In this document: positions 1-8,082 of the stretch, in pieces
How positions within the stretch are numbered: the stretch's first letter is position 1
How the letters are laid out: each line of letters starts with the position of its first letter
NCBI GenBank assembly: GCA_964522265.1
Contig: CAZFVS010000002.1
Span: forward strand, 5,577 to 34,982
Direction of reading: 5' to 3'
DNA: 29,406 nucleotides
Origin: an uncultured Gammaproteobacteria bacterium
GTDB lineage: Bacteria; Patescibacteriota; Microgenomatia; Daviesbacterales; UBA10151
The notes under the pieces: model-generated
Databases searched by the model: none
Seen by the model: the letters and a program-made list of their open reading frames with translations, nothing else
Told to the model about the DNA's origin: nothing
Program-made: the position numbers and the translations under genes

Positions 1-886
1 TGGTAACCGGTGATTGTTGAGTTACAGCCGGTTGGGTTTGTTGAGTTTGTTGAACAGGTTGAGTTATGGTAGTAGTTGTTGAAGCCGCTACAGTTGGTTT
101 TGGAGTTGTAAATGCTAAGTTGGTATTGCCATTACAAGTATTCGGTGACCACAAGCCTTTATTATTTGCCTCAGCTTCTTTTTCAGCCTGCTTAAATTCT
201 TCCTGGTATTTATAAGGAACAGCATAAGTGTATTCATGAGCATAGCCTTCCGAAATCATCAGTTTATTAAAATTTGTTTTATCCTCAAGCCAAACGTACC
301 TTAATAACCTTTGGTATTTATCCCGTTCTCCCTGAGTCGGGTCGCTTTCTAAATTAACGGTTTGATTATTAAGTATTTCCTTTGCTTTGTTGGAAGCTTC
401 TTTCCCAAAACACTGGACAGATTTTCTTGGATCTACAACTTCCGGGGTATCAATACCTATTAACCTGATTGTTTCAACTTTTCCGTTCAGTAAAACTTTT
501 ATTGTGTCCCCATCGACTACGTAATCTACTTTTACTTGGGTGCCTAAAGGTGCGGGTGTTGATGTTAGGGTGATGGTAGGTGTAAGAGTTGGAGTAGGTA
601 TTGGAGACGGATTAACAATGGGAATCTGGGAAGCTTGAATACCTTTAATATTTTCTGAGTGAGAAGGGGAATTTTTATAAGAGGATGGGCTGAATAATGC
701 TTTTGTCCAGACAGCATTAATTAAAAATGCTGGAATTAGTATGGCAGCTATAACTGCATACTTAAACTTTTTATGTCCTTTGAGTCTATAAATTAACCAG
801 GCAATTAATACCCCAATTGCTAAAGGCCAAAATAATAAGCCTAAAAATATTGCGATTGGAATTATTATCTTTTTATGTTTTAACAT
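1..886 (-). CDS. membrane-anchored thermonuclease (staphylococcal nuclease/SNase-like); C-terminus runs off the window
   Basis: Not in the ORF track because it is open to the window edge. Hand translation from ATG at 886-884 gives MLKHKKIIIPIAIFLGLLFWPLAIGVLIAW..., with two hydrophobic segments and a Pro/Thr-rich linker. It continues ...VDYVVDGDTIKVLLNGKVETIRLIGIDTPE...GERDKYQRLLRYVW...ISEGYAHEY, which are the classic SNase motifs. Confidence 0.8.
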   Translation of the reverse strand, partial: MLKHKKIIIPIAIFLGLLFWPLAIGVLIAWLIYRLKGHKKFKYAVIAAILIPAFLINAVWTKALFSPSSYKNSPSHSENIKGIQASQIPIVNPSPIPTPTLTPTITLTSTPAPLGTQVKVDYVVDGDTIKVLLNGKVETIRLIGIDTPEVVDPRKSVQCFGKEASNKAKEILNNQTVNLESDPTQGERDKYQRLLRYVWLEDKTNFNKLMISEGYAHEYTYAVPYKYQEEFKQAEKEAEANNKGLWSPNTCNGNTNLAFTTPKPTVAASTTTTITQPVQQTQQTQPAVTQQSPVT

Positions 887-893
887 CAGCCCG

Positions 894-922
894 ATCTTAC
901 TCTCTCATCTAGGATATATCAA
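894..922 (-). promoter_or_regulatory. sigma70-like promoter TTGATA-17-TAAGAT, with the nuclease ATG only 7 nt downstream of the -10
   Basis: The reverse complement of 894-922 reads TTGATA, a 17-nt spacer, then TAAGAT. No Shine-Dalgarno sequence lies between the -10 and the ATG at 886. Confidence 0.5.
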
Positions 923-1044
923 TAGATTTTACTAAGGTTTACTCAGTGGGTTGTTTTTCTTATCTCAATTTCAGTCCTTAAACTTTGTTTAAGCCTATTT
1001 TCTAAACTAAACTTTAAGCTTTTTTTGTGTAGATACCTTACAGC

Positions 1045-1962
1045 TTATTTGTTAATGCCTAATGAATGTTGAATATAGGTAGCTGCCACTTGTGCAATAA
1101 TAGGAACCAGCCAGGTCTGACCATACCCTTTAATTTTCTCTAAAAATGATTTAGTTTTAACAGAATCCGCTTCTCCCAAAATAGTAGGAAGTTCTGATTC
1201 TATTACAGAAGTAAGCTCGGATTTTGTGCTATCACCCAATCCCTCCTTACCTTTTACAAGCTGTAGAATATTATCTATATCGGTAGAGGGAGTAAGGGTA
1301 ACTATAAAGTTACCTGTGCCTTGTGTTATAGGGGCATGTATAGGGGAGTTGCTAATATTAATATGATAACCTCCTCCTCCGGTATGATCCTTTTTCCACT
1401 TAACTTCAATATGGTCTAGAGGACCACTTCCATAATATTTTTTAACCTCATCAACAATCTTTTCATCTTTTATTACCCCATTAACAAGTAATTGAATCTT
1501 ATCGTCTTTTTCCACCTCCACATCTATAGGTAAGAAGCAAGTCTCAGGTTGAAAATCTGCTTTATATTCCTGTTCTGTTTTATATCCATCGGTTGCTTTC
1601 AGTATTTTAACTGTATGACGGGTTAGCATGTACCCCATATTAGCATATTTGCTAGGTTGTTCTAAAAGATCAATTGCATTGCTTGTGAGAGCAAAATACT
1701 CTGTGTATCCTCCTGGAAGTTTAGAATTTCCTATCTTATAACCTGCATATCTTTCCTTATGCGGTTTAACTAATTTTTTCTCAACTAAATAGCGTACTTC
1801 TCTAAGCACATCTTCCCGCTCGCAAGTTGCAATATCCCTCACATCTTTTTGTAATACAGAAAAAGTAACATTACGATACTTACCCTTAGGATTGCGGTGA
1901 GCTTTATGAAGTGTTTGAAGAATGGCGTCTCTAATTTGCTCGTCAGTAGATACATTATCCAT
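1045..1962 (-). CDS. hypothetical protein, about 305 aa, with a winged-helix-like N-terminus and a hydrophobic C-terminal helix
   Basis: Track ORF 1045..2001. The likely start is the internal ATG at 1962 (MDNVSTDEQIRDAILQTL...), 1 nt after the stop of the upstream gene. No family recognised by eye. Confidence 0.55.
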   Translation of the reverse strand: MDNVSTDEQIRDAILQTLHKAHRNPKGKYRNVTFSVLQKDVRDIATCEREDVLREVRYLVEKKLVKPHKERYAGYKIGNSKLPGGYTEYFALTSNAIDLLEQPSKYANMGYMLTRHTVKILKATDGYKTEQEYKADFQPETCFLPIDVEVEKDDKIQLLVNGVIKDEKIVDEVKKYYGSGPLDHIEVKWKKDHTGGGGYHINISNSPIHAPITQGTGNFIVTLTPSTDIDNILQLVKGKEGLGDSTKSELTSVIESELPTILGEADSVKTKSFLEKIKGYGQTWLVPIIAQVAATYIQHSLGINK

Positions 1963-1963
1963 G

Positions 1964-2275
1964 CTAAAATAATTTATTCTTAATCCCATAAACAACAGCA
2001 TTTAATGAGCTTCTTGCCATTTCTAATCCTGCCGTGTACGCTTCTGCATGTTTTTGCTTATTCCATTCGGGGTTTATAGAGCTAACTACCATTGATTCAA
2101 AATGTATTTTCTCAAAATTTGTATAATACTTGGAGTTTTCATCAATCAGATTATCTAAAATCATTAAGGTTTCTTCCCGCCATTGTCTCAAAGCCTGCCA
2201 ATTAATATCTTTAAGCAAGGTATCAATAAGATCAATTTTCTCTTGAAGTAATACTAATTTAGGATCATTATCCAT
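1964..2275 (-). CDS. hypothetical helical protein, about 103 aa
   Basis: Track ORF 1964..2416. The start at M48 (MDNDPKLVLLQEKIDLID..., ATG 2275) avoids overlap with the divergent gene at 2319. It is tightly coupled to the 1045..1962 gene. Confidence 0.5.
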   Translation of the reverse strand: MDNDPKLVLLQEKIDLIDTLLKDINWQALRQWREETLMILDNLIDENSKYYTNFEKIHFESMVVSSINPEWNKQKHAEAYTAGLEMARSSLNAVVYGIKNKLF

Positions 2276-2318
2276 GTTTGCAATTATACATCTTTTTTTA
2301 CCATGAGATAATAGATAT

Positions 2319-2825
2319 ATGGCAACTTTTAAACAGAAGCTGGTTTTTAAAAAAATGGTGGATTTAGGTGGAAGTATAGGCAAAGCTATGGTGGCTGTCG
2401 GATATTCTAAAGCCACGGCTAAAACTCCTCAGAAACTAACGGAAAGTAAAGGCTGGAAAGAGTTAATGGGATATTGTATTCCCGAAGAAGAACTTGCAAA
2501 AAAACACAGTGAGCTACTTGACGCAGTAAAAATCAATCACTTTACCTTCCCCAACTCAATGTCAGATGAAGAAATAAAAGAGGTCGTTGAAAAAGTACCG
2601 GAGTATATCTTGATCATGATTGAAAGAAATCCTAAATATACGAAGGCACATTTTTCTGCACCAGATAATGCGATCCAATTAAAAAGTGTAGAGTTGGGAC
2701 TTAAACTCCATGGTTTGTTAGGAAGAGATAATAATAAGGCTAGCGATAGAGAGGATCAAGTATGCCAGGAAATCAGAGAGGCTGTATTAAGGATTAGGAA
2801 GATTTTACCGGCAAGTGAGCTTTGA
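2319..2825 (+). CDS. terminase small subunit-like HTH protein
   Basis: The N-terminal GGSIGKAMVAVGYSKATAKTPQKLTESKGWKELM resembles the TerS (Terminase_2-type) HTH. The C-terminal DNAIQLKSVELGLKLHGLLG resembles the TerS oligomerisation segment. This is a by-eye call only. Confidence 0.45.
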   Translation: MATFKQKLVFKKMVDLGGSIGKAMVAVGYSKATAKTPQKLTESKGWKELMGYCIPEEELAKKHSELLDAVKINHFTFPNSMSDEEIKEVVEKVPEYILIMIERNPKYTKAHFSAPDNAIQLKSVELGLKLHGLLGRDNNKASDREDQVCQEIREAVLRIRKILPASEL

Positions 2826-3401
2826 TCACCTTGAATATTTATAAATAGCCAACTCTTCAATTGTACTGTTCTCAAGGTTTTTGGAGGTGGAAATAATAAT
2901 GTCTTCTATTTCATCACTACCTAATCCTTGAGTTTCACCATTATCTCTAAAATATTTATCCCAGATAGATACAAAGAAGTTTTTTCTTTTATTTGGGATA
3001 TAGATACTAGCTATAGCTATAGATCGTGCTTTATATAGATCTGCAAGAGTAAAAGCAGCTTTCAAGGATTGATGTAAGATCACATAGTTTATTCTAAACT
3101 CTTCGTTGTTATGGTCAGTTATGGGCATAAAAATAACATTCCTAGTTTTCAACTCATAACCCTTTGTTATAACTGCATAACCTACTTCAATATATCCTAT
3201 GGCTGTAATTTCACTAACTAATTCTTTACCAGCTTTTTCAAGTAAACTTTTAATCAAACTTTTTTTAGATTCATGAGTAAATAAAGGATAGTTAGGATTG
3301 GGAGAAAATGATTTTGTAAAGGTAAGATCAGAATCGCAAGGGACAATAATCACATCTCCGGCAAAATCAGTAATATCTCCTGTAGCAAGCTGAATATTCA
3401 T
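2826..3401 (-). CDS. divergent macro-domain-like protein
   Basis: MNIQLATGDITDFAGDVIIVPCDSDL... follows the macro-domain order of elements: GDIT, DxIV, an AG..L helix, G.AVITKGY.L, a V-I-F-M strand, then SIAIASI. It lacks a clear GGGV phosphate loop. Confidence 0.45.
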   Translation of the reverse strand: MNIQLATGDITDFAGDVIIVPCDSDLTFTKSFSPNPNYPLFTHESKKSLIKSLLEKAGKELVSEITAIGYIEVGYAVITKGYELKTRNVIFMPITDHNNEEFRINYVILHQSLKAAFTLADLYKARSIAIASIYIPNKRKNFFVSIWDKYFRDNGETQGLGSDEIEDIIISTSKNLENSTIEELAIYKYSR

Positions 3402-3457
3402 ACTAAAATAGGCCTTATTGATTGTAGCAAATTATGAGTCAAACTATGTCTTTGAAG

Positions 3458-3868
3458 CTACCTGGTTATACCCTTACTTTTTATACAGAAATCGTAAGTT
3501 TTTTCTGGGGCTTTAGAATACCAATCCTTTGCCGGTACCTCTGGTCTGACTGTTTTATAGTCCTCAATAATTAATTTGTTTCTTTTTTCACACGTATCTT
3601 TGCTTGCAAGATATTTATCATAAATTGATTTATATCCTTGAGTTTCTTCTACCACACAATTTTTAATAAGACCATTCGCCTTTAATTCTTCCTCACTCAT
3701 GGTTGGTTTGGCAGGAATAGCTTCATCAGTGTGTTTTACCCAAGAACATTCTTGGCGGATCTTGGCAGGACGTAGCTCATACCAATAGAACCAGCCGGAA
3801 ATCAGAATCATGACTAATAAAATTAGAAAACAGCTATATTTATTTCCTTTAAAAATTAAATTTTTCAT
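3458..3868 (-). CDS. membrane-anchored Cys-rich small protein
   Basis: N-terminal TM helix CFLILLVMILISGWFYWY followed by a Cys-containing soluble part. A 4-nt overlap with the upstream gene suggests an operon. Confidence 0.55.
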   Translation of the reverse strand: MKNLIFKGNKYSCFLILLVMILISGWFYWYELRPAKIRQECSWVKHTDEAIPAKPTMSEEELKANGLIKNCVVEETQGYKSIYDKYLASKDTCEKRNKLIIEDYKTVRPEVPAKDWYSKAPEKTYDFCIKSKGITR

Positions 3869-4566
3869 AAAGTACTAAGACAAGCTTGGTAGACTTGACT
3901 TTCATAGGTATCAAATTTATCTTTTAATGCAGTATTCCATTTGTTAAGCTCGCCTACTGCCCAATCATGAAGTGCACGGAGATAAGTAGAATAGGCACTA
4001 CCTGCTGCATCAGCTTGTATACCTGCTTGATCCGTCGGTACACCTTGGCTAAGAAGTTTCTCAAAAACCTCGGTTCGGCGTACTACCTGTGACTGGGTAA
4101 TCTTTCCATACTTGAGGGCTGCTGTCTCTGTTTCACTATTGGTTTGAGCAGCTGCCAGTTCCACTATTGCCGGTTCAGATTGGGCGTACTGTTCGTTGAC
4201 CTTTCTTTCTTCCTCTTTTCTTTTTTCTTTGGCATAGGTGCGGCATTGCTCAATACCTACTGCTGAATCAACTTTTGGTTTCTGAATTCCCTTTATTTGT
4301 GGTAATTCATTTGATTGTGTTTCAGGGATTGCCGGAATAGGTGTTGGAGTGTTTTCCGCCTTAACTTTAGGCTTAGGGGTAATGGTTGGGACAATTGTGA
4401 AAGATGGGGAGGGTGATTCTGAAATGACCGCTGAATCTGTGGCTACTGTTACAGGAGCATTATATAAAGTGTGTGCCGTGGGCTGAAACACACCGGTTAC
4501 TGTGATAATTACAGCTGTTATTACAATAGCAACCTTTTGAGTTATTATTTGGAAAAAATCAAACAT
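3865..4566 (-). CDS. exported or membrane-anchored protein with a Pro/Thr-rich linker
   Basis: N-terminal hydrophobic segment VAIVITAVIITVTGV, then a PSPSFTIVPTITPKPK linker and a helical C-terminal domain. Divergent from the XRE gene. Confidence 0.55.
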   Translation of the reverse strand: MFDFFQIITQKVAIVITAVIITVTGVFQPTAHTLYNAPVTVATDSAVISESPSPSFTIVPTITPKPKVKAENTPTPIPAIPETQSNELPQIKGIQKPKVDSAVGIEQCRTYAKEKRKEEERKVNEQYAQSEPAIVELAAAQTNSETETAALKYGKITQSQVVRRTEVFEKLLSQGVPTDQAGIQADAAGSAYSTYLRALHDWAVGELNKWNTALKDKFDTYESQVYQACLSTL

Positions 4567-4676
4567 AATATAAAACCACCCAACAAATAGTTAGTATAAA
4601 CTTTTCAGCTCAAGTATAGCATAAATCCTAACATATAGTTGAGGAAATTTAGGCTGATGACTTTGATAATTAGCCT

Positions 4677-4889
4677 ATGAGAGTAAATGCTAGACCATTC
4701 AAAAAGTTTGGGGAGAAAGTTAAGCAACTTAGGAAAGAGCGTGATTTAACTCAAGAGGAACTAGCTACAAGGATTGGAGTTTCTGCTGCATATATAGGTT
4801 TTATAGAGCAAAAGCAACGAACCCCCTCTATGAAAACTGCTGATAAAATAGCAAGGGCTTTGCGGGTTTCGCTTAAAGATCTTTTGTAA
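4677..4889 (+). CDS. XRE-family helix-turn-helix transcriptional regulator
   Basis: LRKERDLTQEELATRIGVSAAYIGFIEQKQRTPSMKTADKIARAL is a canonical HTH_3 signature. Confidence 0.9.
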   Translation: MRVNARPFKKFGEKVKQLRKERDLTQEELATRIGVSAAYIGFIEQKQRTPSMKTADKIARALRVSLKDLL

Positions 4890-4941
4890 ATCTCTTCCCA
4901 GCTTCCTGATATAATTACAATAGACAGAAATTAAGATTAAG

Positions 4942-5568
4942 ATGGATGAAAAATCATTAGAGCCTTATATTTGGCCTGTACTAGATAAAATTGAGAAGAA
5001 ATCTCGAAGAACACCTAAGGGGGATCTTATTCTCTTTTTTTATTATGTCGGTAGGCCTGATGAAAGTGATTTTGATGGTTATGGAATGAATGTTCTTTAC
5101 CTTCTAAAACAATGGGGAGCAATTAAAATCCACAATAAAGAAATTTTTGATGATGAGATTAGATTCTATATATTATTAGCCACAAATTTTAAGCCTATTT
5201 ATGAAGAATTTACTAAAAAACAGACTGCACTCCAAACTAACCCTATTATTACTCAAAAGGTGACAAAAAAAGGCGTAAAAATGACAATAAACCAAATTAT
5301 AAAGATAGTTAAAGGTAACAAAATGAGAAAGCTACTGGAAGTTCTTTCTGATCTCAAACCCCATAAAAGAAGTGAATTAATTAGTAAAACAAGTTACTCA
5401 GCATCCTTAAACTCTTTATCACATTTAAAAGCAGGACTTGATAAGGTATTAAGGCGCAATGGTTTTTACATATCTACAGAACCACCAGCTGGCTTCATAG
5501 ACCCTACAGGTTTTTATCAAATAAAAAGCTCACCTAGTTTGTACAACGAAGCAACTTTTCAGGTTTAA
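4942..5568 (+). CDS. hypothetical protein with a possible C-terminal winged-helix
   Basis: 208-aa ORF co-oriented with the replication module. The segment MRKLLEVLSDLKPHKRSELISKTSYS looks wHTH-like. Confidence 0.5.
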   Translation: MDEKSLEPYIWPVLDKIEKKSRRTPKGDLILFFYYVGRPDESDFDGYGMNVLYLLKQWGAIKIHNKEIFDDEIRFYILLATNFKPIYEEFTKKQTALQTNPIITQKVTKKGVKMTINQIIKIVKGNKMRKLLEVLSDLKPHKRSELISKTSYSASLNSLSHLKAGLDKVLRRNGFYISTEPPAGFIDPTGFYQIKSSPSLYNEATFQV

Positions 5569-5687
5569 AAGACTCATCTACATCTCATGAGCAAAACTAT
5601 TTTAATTTTTTTAGACTCAAAAAACTCACCTTCCCACTGTGACAAGCTCACTATTGGTGGTCCAAAATACCTTTATACAAGATTTAT

Positions 5688-5948
5688 ATGGACAAAACAT
5701 TTAGAAATGAAGATATTTTACTGACCTCCTTTTTACTCACCCAAACAGGCATAAATTTAATTGATATTGTTGAAGATTATACTGGGCATTTTGTGTTTGT
5801 ACTCTCCGATTTGGAACGGTGTACTGAATTAAAACAGCAATATCTAAACAATGCTTTAGCTCCAGCAAGGCAACTTTTTTCTCAACGAGAGATGCTTATT
5901 TCAGAAATTAAAACAAGAAATAGAAATGGAGAAAGGGAAAAAGAATGA
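5688..5948 (+). CDS. DUF5659-like small protein
   Basis: ILLTSFLLTQTGINLIDIVEDYTGHFVFVLSD matches the pattern of DUF5659 proteins, which commonly sit upstream of prim-pol genes. ATGA overlap with the prim-pol start. Confidence 0.5.
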   Translation: MDKTFRNEDILLTSFLLTQTGINLIDIVEDYTGHFVFVLSDLERCTELKQQYLNNALAPARQLFSQREMLISEIKTRNRNGEREKE

Positions 5949-6682
5949 CCCTTAAAGAAGCAGCTTTATATTATCTAGCCAAAGGTTGGCCAGTTATGCC
6001 TATAAATCCAAGTAGTAAAAAACCTTGTCTAATGACTTGGAAACATCTTCAAGATAGATTACCAACCATAGAAGAAATAGAGGAACAGTGGGGAATGTGG
6101 CCTTGGGCAAATATAGGTCTAGTTACAGGTAAACTTTCCGGGGTTTCAGTCGTTGATGTAGATCCACGACACAATGGTACTACTAATGGATTAACAGAAA
6201 CTGTCAAAGCTCAAACTGGCGGTGGAGGTTGGCACTACTTCTATAAATACAATGAAAGCTGTCATTCTCAAAATGCTTTAGGAGAAGGTCTTGACCTAAA
6301 AACAGATGGCGGTTACGTAATTATATCTCCGAGTGTTCATGCTTCCGGGAATAAATATGTTTGGATTACTTCACCTTTTGTAAACAAATATGCAGAGATA
6401 CCTCAATGGATCTTGGATAAACAGAAAACAAAATCACCAGGTCAGAGTTTTGATTGGAATCAAGTAATTAGGACAAAAGAAGGCAGACGGGATATTAATT
6501 TATACAGAGCTGCCTGTAGCCTTTTAGCTAAAGATATTCCTGCAAAGCTCGTTTACCCCTTCCTTGTATGGTTAGGACAGACGTTTAATCCACCACTGCC
6601 CGAATCTGAGGTTCGGAAGAAATTTGAAAGTGCAGCTAAATTTACTCTAAAAGATTGGGAGGGATTAGACGATGAACTTTGA
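5945..6682 (+). CDS. bifunctional DNA primase/polymerase (Prim-Pol, AEP superfamily) N-terminal domain protein
   Basis: AALYYLAKGWPVMPI, GVSVVDVDPRHNG (DxD), GGGGWHYFY and GGYVIISPSVHASGNKYVW are typical Prim-Pol motifs. Confidence 0.9.
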   Translation: MTLKEAALYYLAKGWPVMPINPSSKKPCLMTWKHLQDRLPTIEEIEEQWGMWPWANIGLVTGKLSGVSVVDVDPRHNGTTNGLTETVKAQTGGGGWHYFYKYNESCHSQNALGEGLDLKTDGGYVIISPSVHASGNKYVWITSPFVNKYAEIPQWILDKQKTKSPGQSFDWNQVIRTKEGRRDINLYRAACSLLAKDIPAKLVYPFLVWLGQTFNPPLPESEVRKKFESAAKFTLKDWEGLDDEL

Positions 6683-8081
6683 TGAGATTGACAGTAAAAG
6701 GAAAATTAAAAAAGTTACAAAAAATTTGCACCTAACGGATGTCGGAAATGCTGAAAAGATAAATGATTTATTTGGCGACAAAATCCGATACGACCACAAA
6801 CGAGGACGTTGGTTAATTTGGGTGGGACATCGATGGCAACCTGATATAGATAATGCTGTCAACCGACTAGCAATGGAAGCAGCCCAAAAAAGATACCTTG
6901 AGGCAGCTGAAATTACAGATCTTGAAAAAAGAGCCCTAGTATCAAAATGGGCAATAGCTTCAGAGGCGAAAGGAAGACTTGATGCAGCTACAGGAATAGC
7001 TAAGAGCCTTCTTCCTATTGCAGACAAAGGTGATAATTGGGATGCAGACCCCTTACTTTTATCATGTAAAAACGGCATTGTAGATTTAACCACGGGGTTA
7101 TTAAGGAATGGTAAGCCAGAAGATCGAATAACAATGTCAACTCGGGTAGTCTTTGATCCTCAAGCTGATTGTCCTCGCTGGAAGCAGTTTATCTCCGAGA
7201 TTTTTAAGGACAATGCTGAACTGATCCACTACGTTCAAAAATCATTAGGTTACACTCTAACAGGAAGTATTAGGGAACAAGTTATTTATTTTGGTCAAGG
7301 ACCTGGTGCGAATGGTAAAAGTGTCTTTTTTTCAACAATCCGCTCAGTACTTGGTGAATATTCATATAGTGCCCCTGCTACTTTATTTCAAAGGGATACC
7401 CGCAATGCGATGTCCAACGATGTTGCAGCCCTAGAATTTAAAAGGCTTTTAATGAGTAGTGAAATATTATCCGCTACCAAAATCAACGAACAACGACTTA
7501 AAAAGTTAAGCGGTGGTGATACTGAAACCGCAAGATTCTTACATCACGAATACTTCGAGTTTGACCCTGTTTGTAAAATTTGGTTATTTGTTAACCACTT
7601 ACCCCAAGTGGATGATGATTCATACGCTTTTTGGCGAAGAATCAGGCTTATACCCTTTTACCGAAAATTTGAGGGGAAAGACAGAGATGAGTTTCTAACC
7701 GAAAAATTGAGGACAGAATTACCAGGGATATTAAATTGGATGATTAAAGGATGCCTATTGTGGCAACAAGAGGGACTTAATCCAACACCAGACATTGTTG
7801 TAGCAGCTACCCAGGAATACCAGGAGGAAAATGATGTTTTGTCTGAATTTATATTCGAGGTTTGCGTTGAAGCTGATGATACCGAGATACAAGCATCTAG
7901 CCTTTATTATGCCTATACAGTTTGGGCTGATAATAAACACTTAAAGGGGAAGGATGATGTTATCTCTAAAAAAGAATTTGGTCGCTCAATGGGAGATAAG
8001 TACCAGAAAATTCATAAAAACAATGGTTGGTTTTATAAAGGTATAGCTTTTAAAGATTCCAAAGTAGAGGAGGAAAAATAA
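6672..8081 (+). CDS. phage/plasmid primase-helicase, P4/D5 family (SF3 NTPase)
   Basis: D5_N-like region (CKNGIVDLTTG), Walker A GQGPGANGKSVF, and a P4-primase C-terminal-like region (FWRRIRLIPF). Overlaps the prim-pol stop. Confidence 0.9.
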   Translation: MNFDEIDSKRKIKKVTKNLHLTDVGNAEKINDLFGDKIRYDHKRGRWLIWVGHRWQPDIDNAVNRLAMEAAQKRYLEAAEITDLEKRALVSKWAIASEAKGRLDAATGIAKSLLPIADKGDNWDADPLLLSCKNGIVDLTTGLLRNGKPEDRITMSTRVVFDPQADCPRWKQFISEIFKDNAELIHYVQKSLGYTLTGSIREQVIYFGQGPGANGKSVFFSTIRSVLGEYSYSAPATLFQRDTRNAMSNDVAALEFKRLLMSSEILSATKINEQRLKKLSGGDTETARFLHHEYFEFDPVCKIWLFVNHLPQVDDDSYAFWRRIRLIPFYRKFEGKDRDEFLTEKLRTELPGILNWMIKGCLLWQQEGLNPTPDIVVAATQEYQEENDVLSEFIFEVCVEADDTEIQASSLYYAYTVWADNKHLKGKDDVISKKEFGRSMGDKYQKIHKNNGWFYKGIAFKDSKVEEEK

Positions 8082-8082
8082 T

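Noticed and set aside
887-1044. Left attachment site of the element, as a direct repeat of the tRNA-Asp 3' end
   Set aside because: No copy of the tRNA-Asp T-arm or acceptor sequence (GACTCGAACCC and similar) is visible here or anywhere else in the window. The left boundary is therefore left undefined rather than asserted.
6665-7093. Antisense or shadow ORFs in the track. Coordinates: 6665..7093(-), 7513..7698, 7755..7940(-), 8174..8479(-), 8460..8663(-), 10556..10822(-), 10998..11252(-), 13249..13446, 15733..15960(-), 16311..16499(-), 17887..18105, 20418..20600, 21013..21354, 22236..22502, 23364..23645, 24435..24644(-), 25708..26094, 28158..28463, 28465..28662, 28731..28916, 28950..29141.
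   Set aside because: Each lies inside or opposite a longer ORF with clear family signatures. Their translations are low-complexity (Ser/Leu/Phe/Ile-rich) with no recognisable motifs, which is typical of shadow frames.
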